Source: Candidatus Marinacidobacterales bacterium (lineage in GTDB: Bacteria > Acidobacteriota > Vicinamibacteria > Marinacidobacterales > DATDRI01). Taken from it: a stretch of 64,000 nt of DNA. The translations under genes and the position numbers were made by a program. Positions 36,964 through 47,445 of the stretch are shown here, one piece after another. Position 1 is the first letter of the stretch. Every line of letters starts with the position of its first letter. The stretch is from contig OZ245365.1 in assembly GCA_965226495.1 (NCBI GenBank), positions 4,192,001 through 4,256,000 on the forward strand. Direction: 5' to 3'. The notes below the pieces were generated by a model that did not search any database, had not been told where the DNA came from, and was given only the letters and a program-made list of their open reading frames with translations.

Positions 36964-38857
36964 GGTATTGGGCCTCGTATACCAGCCAAGTTCCCTCGAG
37001 CCGATTTCCCACAAGCTCGGCGTCGAGATGAATATTGATCTCCTCGTCATAAGTGACGCGGGCAACCAGGGATTCACCGATGGGGCTCACGCGCGTGAAG
37101 AGCCCCTCCACCGATTGCGCACCCCCCTCGTTAAGAACGACGTTCCCGCCGAGAGATTCATCGGCCCCGACAGCCCCAACAGCGCCAACAGATTGTTCGG
37201 TGATGGAAAAACTCACCGGATACCCTTGGGGCAACACGTAGCCATGCCAATCTCCGACTAGAGATATAGGCTCATCGACGTCGCCGGCTTCTTCAGCGTC
37301 GATGAGGACTCGACCGGGCACCGATTCCTTGGGCAGCACGCGAAAGAAAGGACCCGTGGGAACGAAGTGGTAAGTTTCTAGAAGGCTTTCCACAATCGGA
37401 TTGGGAGGATGGAGACCGACCAAGAAAAGAGGAACGTCTGTGCTGGCGGCCCACTCTTGGAGCCGGCTTTCGTCTCTCGGGGTCGCCCTTTCATACATCA
37501 CCTCGGGTCCCGCCTGCTCCACCTCGGACATATAGCGCAACGGGTCAAGAAACAACTCTCCATGCCGTGAAACTGCCGCGACCCGCGCGCGTTCCGGAAG
37601 CTCCCGGAGCGCTGCCTGCGCGAAGGCCCGGGCGTCCGGGCTCTCGCGGCGATCGGGATTGAGCAGATGGGTCAGGGGATCGAACGGCACTTCGAACTCC
37701 AAGTCCAGAAAAGACCCCGCCCGGGGCTTTTGTTCCAGACGGTCGAGCGCCCAAGGCGCCGCGCGATAGAGAAGCACGGGCGATAGACTCAACACAAGGG
37801 CAAACGCGTAGTCTCGCCATCCTCCATCCGCGAGTAGCTTCCACCAACCGTAGCCAGCCGCGATCGAGACGACCACCCAAGCTGGCACATAGGCGCTCAT
37901 TGGGTCTGGCAACTTCAGGGTGATCGCCAATACGGAATACACCACGAACAATGGAAACAGGAGACCGAAGACATACTTCTGTCGGCGGAAGAGCTCCAGC
38001 ATTCCGAGTAGTCCGATGAAAAACGTCCACGGAGGAAAGCTGTATAGCAGGGTCATACCGAACCGAATGGCCGATGCTTTCAGGGGTTCGTCCCACGACA
38101 GCATCATGTTGTCGCGCCAGAAAGTCACCCAAGCCCACTGTTCCGGTGGAATCTCGAAACCCGTCCTCGCCCAATGAGAAGCCGAAACCGCCAGCGCGAC
38201 GCCGGAACTCAAGAGCAACACTCCTAAACCGCGCGCCCTCACTTTTCCTATTTCGCGTACCAAAGGCGGGCGCACGACCCGCACCCAGATCGCAAAAACC
38301 GGGAGCAGGAAGACCATCATCAGGTTATTGGACAGCGACAGGCCGAGGATCCCCATCGCCAAATAGAAAAAGGGAACCCGCCCTTCGTTGGCGAAACGCA
38401 GTAGGTAATAGAGGAGGGCGGCGAGCAGGAGGCCATCCAGCGCTTCTGGCCCCGGCGTCACGGCGCGCAGCCAAAACGTGTGTGAGACGACGAGAACGAT
38501 GGCACCGACGATACCCACTCGGCGAGCAATGAATTGCGGGGCGATCTGTAACAGGAATTTCAAGAGAAGATAAACGTAAAGACAAGCCGCTGCGGCAAAG
38601 GCGGCGGATGCGACGTTCGTCCGGCGAGGAAGCGAATCCCTCGGAATCATCAAGAAGGGCTGCGAGACCAGCACGTACAGGGGTCGATCCCAAGGGCCCT
38701 CTCCGATCTCTGCCAACGCGACGCGACGCTGGTAGCCTGCGCCTTCGCCCCAAGCGATGTCCGGAGGACCGGTAAAGACGTAGAAGGCGAAGCAGCCGAC
38801 GAAGACCGCCAGAGCTATGCCAGCGTTGACCCAGCCGCGATACCAGTTCGGCCTCAT
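36893..38857 (-). CDS. DUF2723 (TMEM260-like) membrane glycosyltransferase-like protein
   Basis: Y..T.PPDIAWGE, PLY, SHTFW..A..P, GLSLSN; multiple TM segments. Confidence 0.55.
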   Translation of the reverse strand: MRPNWYRGWVNAGIALAVFVGCFAFYVFTGPPDIAWGEGAGYQRRVALAEIGEGPWDRPLYVLVSQPFLMIPRDSLPRRTNVASAAFAAAACLYVYLLLKFLLQIAPQFIARRVGIVGAIVLVVSHTFWLRAVTPGPEALDGLLLAALLYYLLRFANEGRVPFFYLAMGILGLSLSNNLMMVFLLPVFAIWVRVVRPPLVREIGKVRARGLGVLLLSSGVALAVSASHWARTGFEIPPEQWAWVTFWRDNMMLSWDEPLKASAIRFGMTLLYSFPPWTFFIGLLGMLELFRRQKYVFGLLFPLFVVYSVLAITLKLPDPMSAYVPAWVVVSIAAGYGWWKLLADGGWRDYAFALVLSLSPVLLYRAAPWALDRLEQKPRAGSFLDLEFEVPFDPLTHLLNPDRRESPDARAFAQAALRELPERARVAAVSRHGELFLDPLRYMSEVEQAGPEVMYERATPRDESRLQEWAASTDVPLFLVGLHPPNPIVESLLETYHFVPTGPFFRVLPKESVPGRVLIDAEEAGDVDEPISLVGDWHGYVLPQGYPVSFSITEQSVGAVGAVGADESLGGNVVLNEGGAQSVEGLFTRVSPIGESLVARVTYDEEINIHLDAELVGNRLEGTWLVYEAQYLNGRFRAWRQTPPAPPPGPPDAQ

Positions 38858-38945
38858 AGCGGAATATCTTATAACACGCTTGGCCCGTGTCGAATGATCG
38901 TAAATCGGGAAGGCACGAGTCGGATCCGCGGTAAAATGCGCCGCG

Positions 38946-39689
38946 GTGGATAAAGACCAATATCAGAGACTCTTCGAGCTGGAGGACCGCTTGTGGTGGT
39001 TCGTCGGCATGAGGAAACTGAGCCTCGCACTCATTGAACGATTCGTGCGGGCCTCCCCACCCCTTTCTATCCTCGATGCCGGCTGCGGAACGGGAGGCAT
39101 GATCCCGCATCTTCAGTCGTACGGCTCGGTGGTGGGGGTCGATCTTTCCGACGACGCCCTCGCGTTCGCCCAGCGCCGGCAAAAGGGCCATCTCGTGAGG
39201 AGCTCCCTTCCAAGCCTTCCCTTCGCCCCGAGCGCTTTCGATCTCGTCACGTCTTTCGACGTCATCTATCACCAAGCAGTTGCCGACGACGAGGCCGCGC
39301 TTGAGGAAATGGCGAGGGTTCTCCGGCCAGGCGGTACATTATTAATAAGGGTACCGGCTCACGACCGCCTTAGGAGCCGCCACGACACCGCGGTCCACAC
39401 CCGCCACCGTTACGCAAAACGTGAGCTCGAGGAAAAACTCTGGCATGCGGGCCTAGAGCCGCTCTACGTTTCCTATGTGAACTGCTTTCTCTTTCCGGTC
39501 GCGGTCGCCTCGAGACTCGTAGACAAGATCTTGCCGGGAGACCAGGACGCCTCGCAGCTGAGGGACGTACCACCTGCACTCAATGGATTGCTAACGGCCG
39601 TCCTCGAGCTCGAAGCCTCCATCATCCGGGTCGGGAGCCTTCCTTTCGGATTGTCCTTGGTTGCGGTAGCGAGGCGTCAGGCCTCGTGA
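38946..39689 (+). CDS. Class I SAM-dependent methyltransferase
   Basis: WWF..R, ILDAGCGTG, FDVIYH, LRPGG, HD..VH..HRY. Confidence 0.85.
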   Translation: MDKDQYQRLFELEDRLWWFVGMRKLSLALIERFVRASPPLSILDAGCGTGGMIPHLQSYGSVVGVDLSDDALAFAQRRQKGHLVRSSLPSLPFAPSAFDLVTSFDVIYHQAVADDEAALEEMARVLRPGGTLLIRVPAHDRLRSRHDTAVHTRHRYAKRELEEKLWHAGLEPLYVSYVNCFLFPVAVASRLVDKILPGDQDASQLRDVPPALNGLLTAVLELEASIIRVGSLPFGLSLVAVARRQAS

Positions 39690-39752
39690 ACCTCCGGGCG
39701 TTTCGAACCTAGTGGCATTTCCGTTACCATGTCCCACCGACGGGGCGATTCC

Positions 39753-39893
39753 ATGAAAAACGAGCTAGATGTCGTCCGTGATATTTCAGCCAAGTTCGAC
39801 GAACTGGGAATCCAGGATAGCGGACTTCGGAACCTACATCACTAGCAAAGAGGATCTGATCCTTTCGAAGCTGGTGTGGGCCAAAGACAGGCC
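39753..39893 (+). pseudogene. Internally deleted nucleotidyltransferase-like gene remnant
   Basis: MKNELDVVRDISAKFDELGI joined out of frame to TYITSKEDLILSKLVWAKD. Confidence 0.45.
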
Positions 39894-41759
39894 TTACTGC
39901 TGCCCGGCGAACGCGCTCTCCACGACGTAGCCGGTTTCCATCGCGACATTGGTACCCGGGGCTCCCGGGCGGTTAACGTGAACGCGAAGCACCAGATCCA
40001 TTTCGGTGATCCCGAGATAGAGCGAACCCGAAGAATCGAAGGACAGAAAGTCCAAACGTTCGGGCATCAGCTCACCGGGAAGAATCACCGAACGTGATGT
40101 CGGCGCCTCATCACGTTGACGCCACCAATCGGAAAGGCGAAAGATCTCCAGCGGCATCTGCGACAGATCGCCCGCCCACCGCGGCGAGATCTCGACGATG
40201 ACCGCATCCCCCAAGCCGCCTCGAACCAAAGCGTAAAGAGAATTGCCCTCAGGATCCCACGCCAGAGACAGGCCTTGCCCCGGCAAAGGGCCCACACGGG
40301 CCGCGGGGCCAGCGGATGCGGTGTCGTCAAAGGGCAGCTTCCACAGACTCCCGCTGCCGTACTCGTCCATCAGGAAGTAGATGTTTTGGTCTCGCCCAAG
40401 GATCATGCGTCCAGGACTGCCTGGGAGGGCGGCCACTTCTTCCGGATGACCCTTCGGGTCGCCGTTCGAATCGAAGCGGTACCGAAAGATCGCACCGTAC
40501 TCGCGACGAGAAACGTATAGAGCGCCGTCGGGTCCAAACGTCATGCCACCAATCGGATCGAGTATCTCGGTGTTCGTCAACGTCAGCTGCCGAGACCGCG
40601 GCGAAAGCCCAACGCCGTTTTCGGGCAGCACGCGCACCAAGTGGCCGGGCCCGGCGCCGAACGCGGCAACGAAGACCGAGCCCGCGAGAGGACCCTCTTC
40701 CGGGCCGAAACACATTGCAATCGGCCCGCGAACACCGGGAAGAAGAACGACGCTTCCCCTCGCGTCGACACCGCCCTGCCCCTCCATAGGAAATACCTGA
40801 AGCGACACCGCGTCTTGGTCATTCGACAAAACCACGCGCTCGCCGGTCCGACTGCGGCCAACGAAATCTGTTGGATTGGCGATCGGATGGACAATATGTG
40901 TGAGCCGCAATCGCGGCAACCGCCGCGTCTCCAAACCCAAGACCACCGAGTGACGGCCAAGTGCGATGGCCGTCGTGAGCGACGAAGTCGATGATTCGGC
41001 CTCGGCCAAAGGCAGCGCAAGTTGAACGCGAACGAGAGCCACCCGCTCGCCGGAATCCACCCGAGCCGGCGGAATGATCTCACCGCGCCCATCGAGGTAA
41101 TCGAATTTCAAATCGCGGACCCCGCGAGCCAACATGCGCGGCTCGCCGCCGGAGACTTCCTTTATTAGGACGTTCCCTGCTTCATCAGGTCGGGGCTCGA
41201 GACGAAACCGAACCTCGCGTAGTTTCAAAACCCTCGCCCGTCGATAAGGGGAGTAGATCTCGAGCAATTCACCGTCGGTGGAGTCGAGGGAGCGAAAAGC
41301 TAGAGTCTCGCGAGTGGCGAGCGCGACTTCAGCGCTCTCCGAGTTCCCACCTTGGTCGATGAGAAGCACCCAATCGCCGACCTCGAAAGAATCGGCTCCG
41401 TCGACACGTACTTCCACGTTGCTCGAACCGAGGTCCTCTAGCAACACGCCAACCAGCCCCTCCGGATTGGACCGGAGTGTAATGACGTCGGAAGCAGGCG
41501 TGGAGTCCTCGGCGAGAAAAGGTAAGACCTCGGTCGCCCCCTCCATCCCATAGCCGGCCTTCCCGATCTCGCGTACGATTTCATCGAAGGCCCAGGTCGC
41601 CATCGCCGTCTCGGCGTCGCTAACAACATCTATCCCGTTTAGAGACTCGACCATGCGGCTGCTGTGTAGGAGGAAACCCACAACGACGAGTGTGAGCGAA
41701 AGACTAATCAACGCCTCGGTGAGACTGTAACCATCAACGACTCGCAACTCCGTCGACAT
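39894..41759 (-). CDS. PilW-like minor pilin fused to a probable beta-propeller
   Basis: Prepilin motif G-YSLTE plus hydrophobic helix, REIGKAGY; GMTFGPDGALY-type repeats. Confidence 0.6.
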   Translation of the reverse strand: MSTELRVVDGYSLTEALISLSLTLVVVGFLLHSSRMVESLNGIDVVSDAETAMATWAFDEIVREIGKAGYGMEGATEVLPFLAEDSTPASDVITLRSNPEGLVGVLLEDLGSSNVEVRVDGADSFEVGDWVLLIDQGGNSESAEVALATRETLAFRSLDSTDGELLEIYSPYRRARVLKLREVRFRLEPRPDEAGNVLIKEVSGGEPRMLARGVRDLKFDYLDGRGEIIPPARVDSGERVALVRVQLALPLAEAESSTSSLTTAIALGRHSVVLGLETRRLPRLRLTHIVHPIANPTDFVGRSRTGERVVLSNDQDAVSLQVFPMEGQGGVDARGSVVLLPGVRGPIAMCFGPEEGPLAGSVFVAAFGAGPGHLVRVLPENGVGLSPRSRQLTLTNTEILDPIGGMTFGPDGALYVSRREYGAIFRYRFDSNGDPKGHPEEVAALPGSPGRMILGRDQNIYFLMDEYGSGSLWKLPFDDTASAGPAARVGPLPGQGLSLAWDPEGNSLYALVRGGLGDAVIVEISPRWAGDLSQMPLEIFRLSDWWRQRDEAPTSRSVILPGELMPERLDFLSFDSSGSLYLGITEMDLVLRVHVNRPGAPGTNVAMETGYVVESAFAGQQ

Positions 41760-41992
41760 GGGACGGGTATTTTACTTCAACGTTGACTCCGCAAACCACC
41801 CGGCTGCGTCTCCGGTAGGCAGTTCACACGCTACCTTCACGATCCAAGCGATCCGCGAAGCCTCAGTCACAACTTCGCCACGTCCCTCCTCGTGGATCGG
41901 CTAGGTGGACTTGACCAAGGTCCAATAGCCCTCTCACAGTTAACCCCCTTACACTTCCCATGGTCCGCTGGGAAACCTTGTGGACGCTACTC

Positions 41993-42361
41993 ATGAAGAA
42001 GAACCCGAAAGTGTACGTAGTCGACGACGATGCATCGGTGCGCAAATCGCTCGGCGGGCTACTTCGAGCGGTCGGCTATGAGGCTACGACCTTTGCTCCG
42101 GGGGAGATTTTCTGGATTCGGTGCCACTTGAGAGGGAGGGTGTCCTCATCCTGGATATTGAAATGCCGGGGCTTAGCGGCTTCGAGCTTCATCATGCTAA
42201 CCGCAGCCGGCTCGAACATGCGCATCTTCTTCATTACTGCCCACGACAGCGAGCCAGTCCGCGCGCGGGCGAGCGCAGCGGGGGTAGCGATTCTAAAGAA
42301 ACCGTTTGATGACGAAGCACTACTTGCCGCGATACACGGGCTTGAAAAGCAGAGCTCATGA
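41993..42361 (+). pseudogene. Single-domain response regulator receiver with two compensating frameshifts
   Basis: VYVVDDDASVR, FITAHD and KPF in one frame; ILDIEMPGLSG in another. Confidence 0.7.
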
Positions 42362-42615
42362 GGCGCATGTCCCCGTATTTTTTCGCTAGAAAACTCCGTA
42401 TTTTTCCGGGGTTGCCCCTCGGGAAACGTTTGGATTACGATGCCGCGGCCTTGTTCAGGCCATCCCCATGGACACCGTTCCGCGGCACCAAGGGTATGGT
42501 CCTGGAAGGCGGTTTCCGCGGGATAAGGCCAAGGCCGGCGGGGTTGCGCAGTAATCATCGTTGCTGCGGGCGCCCCTTGTTGGGCGCCCGCTCTAGCTTC
42601 GGGTGAGGTGACGTC

Positions 42616-43617
42616 ATGAAACACGTTTTTGCCTTGCTGTTACTATCTCTCGCCGCCTGCACTCCTCTTGACAGTCCGGGGGTGGCTCAGACCACGAGCG
42701 ATCCTCTGCCATCCTGGAACGACGGTCCCACGAAACAATCCATCACGGAGTTCGTCGACACCGTGACCGATGCCTCGAGCCCCGACTTCGTGCCGCCCGA
42801 GGAGCGGATCGCGACGTTCGACAACGACGGAACGATGTGGAACGAGAAGCCGCTCTACATCCATGTCTACGCCGTTCTAGGACGCTTCAAGGAGCAGATG
42901 AAGGCGGATGCGAGCCTCGCCGACAAGGAGCCCTACAAAGCCGTCGCGACGAAGGACCTCGACTTTTTCATGGATCTCGTGGAGAAGGGCGAGTTCCTTG
43001 AGATTGTCGGGGACATCATGGGTATACCGTTCGAAGGAATGTCACCGGATGAATTTGCGCAGTGGAACCGTAAGTGGCTCGCGACCTGGAAGCATCCCAA
43101 GTTCGACGTCGGCTATCGCGATCTCATCTACCAACCGATGGTAGAGCTCTTCGACTACCTTCGAGCCAACGGCTTCGAGGTCTACCTCTGTACTGCGGAT
43201 GAAGCGGCTTTCTTGAGGTTGGTCTCGGAGGAGCTCTACGGCGTTCCTCCGCAAAACGTCCTGGGGAGCTCGGTGAAGCTCGACTACAAAGGTGAGGACG
43301 ATCCGCCGAGCGTGTTCCGAACCGATAAAGGCAATTTCCTCAACAACTGGGGCGGCAAGCCGCGGCACATCACGCAGACCATCGGTCGCGAGCCGATTCT
43401 CGCCGGGGGAAACTCCAACGGGGATTTGCACATGCTCCAATGGGTGGCAGGAGCCAAACGAAAAACACTCGCCATCCTCGTCCACCACACGGACGACCGA
43501 GAGTATCAATACGACAAGCACACCGAGAAAGTCATGCCGCTCGCGAAAGAGGGCGGCTGGACGATCGTCGACATGAAGAACGATTGGAAGACTGTTTTTC
43601 CAAACGGCAGCGATTGA
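42616..43617 (+). CDS. HAD-family phosphatase lipoprotein
   Basis: Lipobox LAAC, DPLPSWND, FDNDGT, GGNSNGD, VDMKNDW. Confidence 0.85.
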   Translation: MKHVFALLLLSLAACTPLDSPGVAQTTSDPLPSWNDGPTKQSITEFVDTVTDASSPDFVPPEERIATFDNDGTMWNEKPLYIHVYAVLGRFKEQMKADASLADKEPYKAVATKDLDFFMDLVEKGEFLEIVGDIMGIPFEGMSPDEFAQWNRKWLATWKHPKFDVGYRDLIYQPMVELFDYLRANGFEVYLCTADEAAFLRLVSEELYGVPPQNVLGSSVKLDYKGEDDPPSVFRTDKGNFLNNWGGKPRHITQTIGREPILAGGNSNGDLHMLQWVAGAKRKTLAILVHHTDDREYQYDKHTEKVMPLAKEGGWTIVDMKNDWKTVFPNGSD

Positions 43618-43655
43618 CCTGAGCTGCCAGCCTCCCGGCACGCCGCCGGCGTGGC

Positions 43656-45410
43656 CTACAACGGCCAGACCATAACTAGCAGCGGTAGTGAGATCACGAC
43701 GATGAAGATTTCGAGCGGCAAGCCCATCCGCCAGTAGTCACCGAAGTGATACCCGCCGGGCCCCATGACCAGAACGTTGTTCTGATGGCCGATGGGAGTT
43801 AGGAACGCACACGATGCCCCGATGGCGGTCGCCATCAGAAAGGGGTCGGCGTTGACGTTGAGCGCGGCGGCCACGCTGGTTGCGATCGGGGCCATGATGA
43901 CGGCGGTCGCCGCGTTGTTCATGAGATCGGAAAGCGTCATCGTGATAATCATGATCGCCGCGAGAACGGCGATGGGGTGTACTGCCGAGCCCAGCTGAGC
44001 AATGACGCCCGCAATCCACTGGGTTCCTCCCGTCGTCTGAAGAGCCTGCCCGAGGGGAATCATGAAGGCCAAGAGAATAATGACCGGCCAATCGATGGTT
44101 TCGTAGACCTGCCGGGGCGTGAGGACGTTAAAGACGACGAGCGCGGCGACCGCAGCTCCGAACGCGATCTCCACCGGCAGAATGCCCGCCGCGGTGACAC
44201 CGATGGCCCCGAGGAATATGGCAACGGGCAAAAAGGTCTCCCGACGCTTTCCGAGCTGGAGCCCGCGCTCCGCCAGCGGGAGAACGTCGAGCGAGGCCAC
44301 GGTGTCGGCAAGCGTCTCAGACTCTCCTTGAAGAAGCAGCACGTCTCCGGCGCGCAACTTGACCTTGCGGAGCCTGGTCTTGATGGGTCTTCCCTCTCGG
44401 GATATGGCAAGTAGGTTTGCGTTATAACGCGATCGTAGTCTGAGGCTTGCGCACGTTCGACCTTCGATTCTGGCACCGCGAGGGATGACGGCTTCGATCA
44501 AGGCCATCTCGTCAGCGCGCGGGGCCTCTGCGTCATCGTCCTTCTTGCCGGCCAACTCGAGCCCGGCGGCTTTCATCAACTTGTCTAAGTCTCCCGGATC
44601 CGCCTCCATCAATAAAATGTCGCCCTCTTCTAGCATTTCGTGCCTCGGTGCTCCGGGCAGACGCTTTCTTCGGCGAATCAGGGAAACCGCCATGACCTCG
44701 CCCTCTGACATTTTCTCTAACTCCTCGACCTCCTTCCCCACCGACTTCGAACCCTTGGGCACCTTCACTTCGACAACGTAGTTCGCAATCTCAAAGAGAT
44801 CTTGTGGCGGCTTCTGACCACGACGCTCTTTCGGAATCAGCCTCCATCCAAGAAACGTGATGTAGAGGACGCCGACGATCGCCAGCGGCACGCCGACCGG
44901 CGAAAACGCGAACAACCCGAACGGCTCGCCCGCGGCGTCCGCCCGGTAGGAGCCGATGATGATGTTGGGAGGCGTCCCGATGAGCGTAGTGAGGCCACCG
45001 AGAATCGAACCGAAGGAGAGAGGCATCAAGATCTGCGCGGGAGGTAGTCCCGATTGCAGCGCCAAAGGCATCAGTAGCGCGAGCGCGGCGACATTATTCA
45101 TAAAGGCGGAGAGAAAGGCGGCCAAGACGGTGAGCGCCCCTATCATCAGAAGTGGACGCTGATTGAAAACGGTAAGGCCGCGGGCCAGTCGATCGATGAG
45201 ACCCGAGCGCTGCAAGCCACGGCTAAGTACCAGTGCCGCGGCGACTGTGATGACGGCGGGGTGGCCTAGGCCAGAGTAAGCGTCTTCAAACGGCACCACA
45301 CCGGCCAATACTCCGACCGTAAGGCAGACGAAGGCGACCACGTCGTAGCGCCAGCGTCCCCAGATAAAGAGGACGAGCGCGGCGCCAAGGATACTGAACG
45401 TAATTAGCAT
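43656..45410 (-). CDS. SLC13 family permease with TrkA-C domains
   Basis: SAFMNN, TLIGTPPN, FLTPIGHQ..VMGPGGY. Confidence 0.9.
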   Translation of the reverse strand: MLITFSILGAALVLFIWGRWRYDVVAFVCLTVGVLAGVVPFEDAYSGLGHPAVITVAAALVLSRGLQRSGLIDRLARGLTVFNQRPLLMIGALTVLAAFLSAFMNNVAALALLMPLALQSGLPPAQILMPLSFGSILGGLTTLIGTPPNIIIGSYRADAAGEPFGLFAFSPVGVPLAIVGVLYITFLGWRLIPKERRGQKPPQDLFEIANYVVEVKVPKGSKSVGKEVEELEKMSEGEVMAVSLIRRRKRLPGAPRHEMLEEGDILLMEADPGDLDKLMKAAGLELAGKKDDDAEAPRADEMALIEAVIPRGARIEGRTCASLRLRSRYNANLLAISREGRPIKTRLRKVKLRAGDVLLLQGESETLADTVASLDVLPLAERGLQLGKRRETFLPVAIFLGAIGVTAAGILPVEIAFGAAVAALVVFNVLTPRQVYETIDWPVIILLAFMIPLGQALQTTGGTQWIAGVIAQLGSAVHPIAVLAAIMIITMTLSDLMNNAATAVIMAPIATSVAAALNVNADPFLMATAIGASCAFLTPIGHQNNVLVMGPGGYHFGDYWRMGLPLEIFIVVISLPLLVMVWPL

Positions 45411-45423
45411 CGGTCGGAAGTCC

Positions 45424-47436
45424 TTACCAGATATAATTCTTCGCGATGTCTCGCTTGTCTCGTCCCGCCAGGAGATGCACAACGCGGATCTTTTTCACCG
45501 TCACCGGTGACATCGCACCGAGAGGAATGTGAATGATACGCTTCTTCTGCGAAGCGGCGTAGCGATGCATCGCCGGTGAAGGCGCATCCTTCGCCAGGTG
45601 GACCACGAACTTTTCTTCACTGTAATCCACCGCCGACATGAGCAGAACTTCCCCTTTCTCCTTGGCAAGACGGTACTCCCGATCCTGCCAGACATCGAAG
45701 ACTCGGCGCGGTGGGTACGTCATCATAAATCCACCGTACGTCGCGCGCATGATACCCGGCCCCACAACCTGCCCCCCTGGATCGGTGGAGTAAAACGCCA
45801 TGTCCGACTCTTGTTCATCTTCGCCGAGCCATGTCATGCAGTAAGGAAAACTCTCGCCCTCGCGGTCTCGATCGAAAATCACGACGACCGATCCCGCCTC
45901 TCCCAATGAGCGACCCAGCTCCTGAACGTAGATTCGACCTTCGTGTAGGTTGCGGAGGGTTTCCCGCATGTCGATACCGTCGAGCATAGTGCTGGTAAAG
46001 GGCTCGGTTCGTTTGCGCTCGGCGGAGAGAATGGCGACCGCCTTGCTCTGAAGGTATCGCGCATAGTCTTCGATCACGATGTCTTCGGGGCGATGGGAGC
46101 AAAGGCCCGTCGGATCGAAAGCGTCGAGCCACTTTTGCGGGTCGTCGGTCGTCGGCCGCTCCCGCACCGGAACACGCATCGGACGCTGCTTGACGCGAAA
46201 GAAGCGTTTGCGAAACGTGATCTTCCGCGTGCCGAGATCGAGCTCCTCCCCATCGACGCGCGCCGTGGCCAGCTCCGCGGTCTCCTTCTGCCAGGGGTAG
46301 GTGCGCGCCACGTCGAAAACCTCCCAAGCCAGGTTGTCGTCTCCGACTCCCCGTGCGGCGACTGCCCATTCGTAGAGTCCGGGGACCAAGACACCCTGAA
46401 GCCGGGCGTAGCGGCGTCCAAAGTCCAAAAACACTTTCCGCTGCCAAGGTTGAACTTTTTCTCGGGTCTGCCCTTCGTACGATGAAGCGCCGATGCGCCA
46501 AACGACATTCTGCAGTGCTCGGCGATCGGGGAACCGTTTTTTCGTAAATGGGGCCTGGTGTCCGTGGTACGCGGCGTACCGGGCCACATTCATTGGGCGC
46601 TCTTTCGCTTGCCCATCCTTCTCTCCGGTGATGACCCTAAGCCCGTACTGGACCCATGAAACTTGACGCGAAAGCGCCGAGTGCAGCTCGACCTCCTCGG
46701 GAACCTCTCCATCCCGCAAAAGTTCGAAGACGGAATGTGCCAGCGGCGGATCGGGCAGGATCGCGGTGAGACTGTCTGGATGGAGATGGCGAATATCGGC
46801 GTGACTACGTTTGACGCGGACAAACGGCTCCGCAGTGGGCTTTTTCAACAGACGACCCACCGCCCGCACGTGCGCCGCCCCGAGCAGGGACAGCAATGGA
46901 CCAGGGGGGCAAACCTCTCTCGCTTGTTTGATGCGGTGAGCCATGCCCGATTCACGTTGTCGATCCACATCGCTCGACGGCGCTCGGTCACTTTGCTCGA
47001 CCAGAAGCTCGAGGTATTTCTGCGGCCCGAGGTTCCAGAGTGCGTAGGGATCGGGCACCGGATCCCTTCGACGCTCCTCGTAAGGAATATCGGGATCCAC
47101 GAAGAACACTGATTTTTCACGCTCGTTCGCCCAGCGGAGCGCTTCGGCAAACGGATCGCCGGGAACGGAGACCCAGACCAGAGCGTCTTCGCCACTTCGC
47201 TCGGAGATGACGAGCGAGATCTTGGGCAGACGCCGGATCGCTTTGAGAACGATATCGGTCAGGCTGGTTGGTAGCTCAACTGCGATGCCGGCGGGATTCA
47301 GCTCATCCAAAACGGCCCGCACCACCGAGGCCACGTCAAGGCGGTCGTGCACAACCGGAAGTAGGTGCACACCGGGGACAACCTCCGGAGTCAAAGCCTT
47401 CAGGTTGGTCTTACTCTTGTGGCGCTTTCGGCCCAT
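45424..47436 (-). CDS. Conserved hypothetical protein with TraB/Tiki-like N-terminus, MoxR partner
   Basis: PVVH, IAVELP, RE..MA, LLGAAH; later CS..PED..IE and DGIDMRETLRN. Confidence 0.55.
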   Translation of the reverse strand: MGRKRHKSKTNLKALTPEVVPGVHLLPVVHDRLDVASVVRAVLDELNPAGIAVELPTSLTDIVLKAIRRLPKISLVISERSGEDALVWVSVPGDPFAEALRWANEREKSVFFVDPDIPYEERRRDPVPDPYALWNLGPQKYLELLVEQSDRAPSSDVDRQRESGMAHRIKQAREVCPPGPLLSLLGAAHVRAVGRLLKKPTAEPFVRVKRSHADIRHLHPDSLTAILPDPPLAHSVFELLRDGEVPEEVELHSALSRQVSWVQYGLRVITGEKDGQAKERPMNVARYAAYHGHQAPFTKKRFPDRRALQNVVWRIGASSYEGQTREKVQPWQRKVFLDFGRRYARLQGVLVPGLYEWAVAARGVGDDNLAWEVFDVARTYPWQKETAELATARVDGEELDLGTRKITFRKRFFRVKQRPMRVPVRERPTTDDPQKWLDAFDPTGLCSHRPEDIVIEDYARYLQSKAVAILSAERKRTEPFTSTMLDGIDMRETLRNLHEGRIYVQELGRSLGEAGSVVVIFDRDREGESFPYCMTWLGEDEQESDMAFYSTDPGGQVVGPGIMRATYGGFMMTYPPRRVFDVWQDREYRLAKEKGEVLLMSAVDYSEEKFVVHLAKDAPSPAMHRYAASQKKRIIHIPLGAMSPVTVKKIRVVHLLAGRDKRDIAKNYIW

Positions 47437-47445
47437 ATCGACGCG

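Noticed and set aside
41911-41928. TTGACCAAGGTCCAATAG as a FixJ-type regulator site
   Set aside because: Single occurrence and recalled resemblance only.
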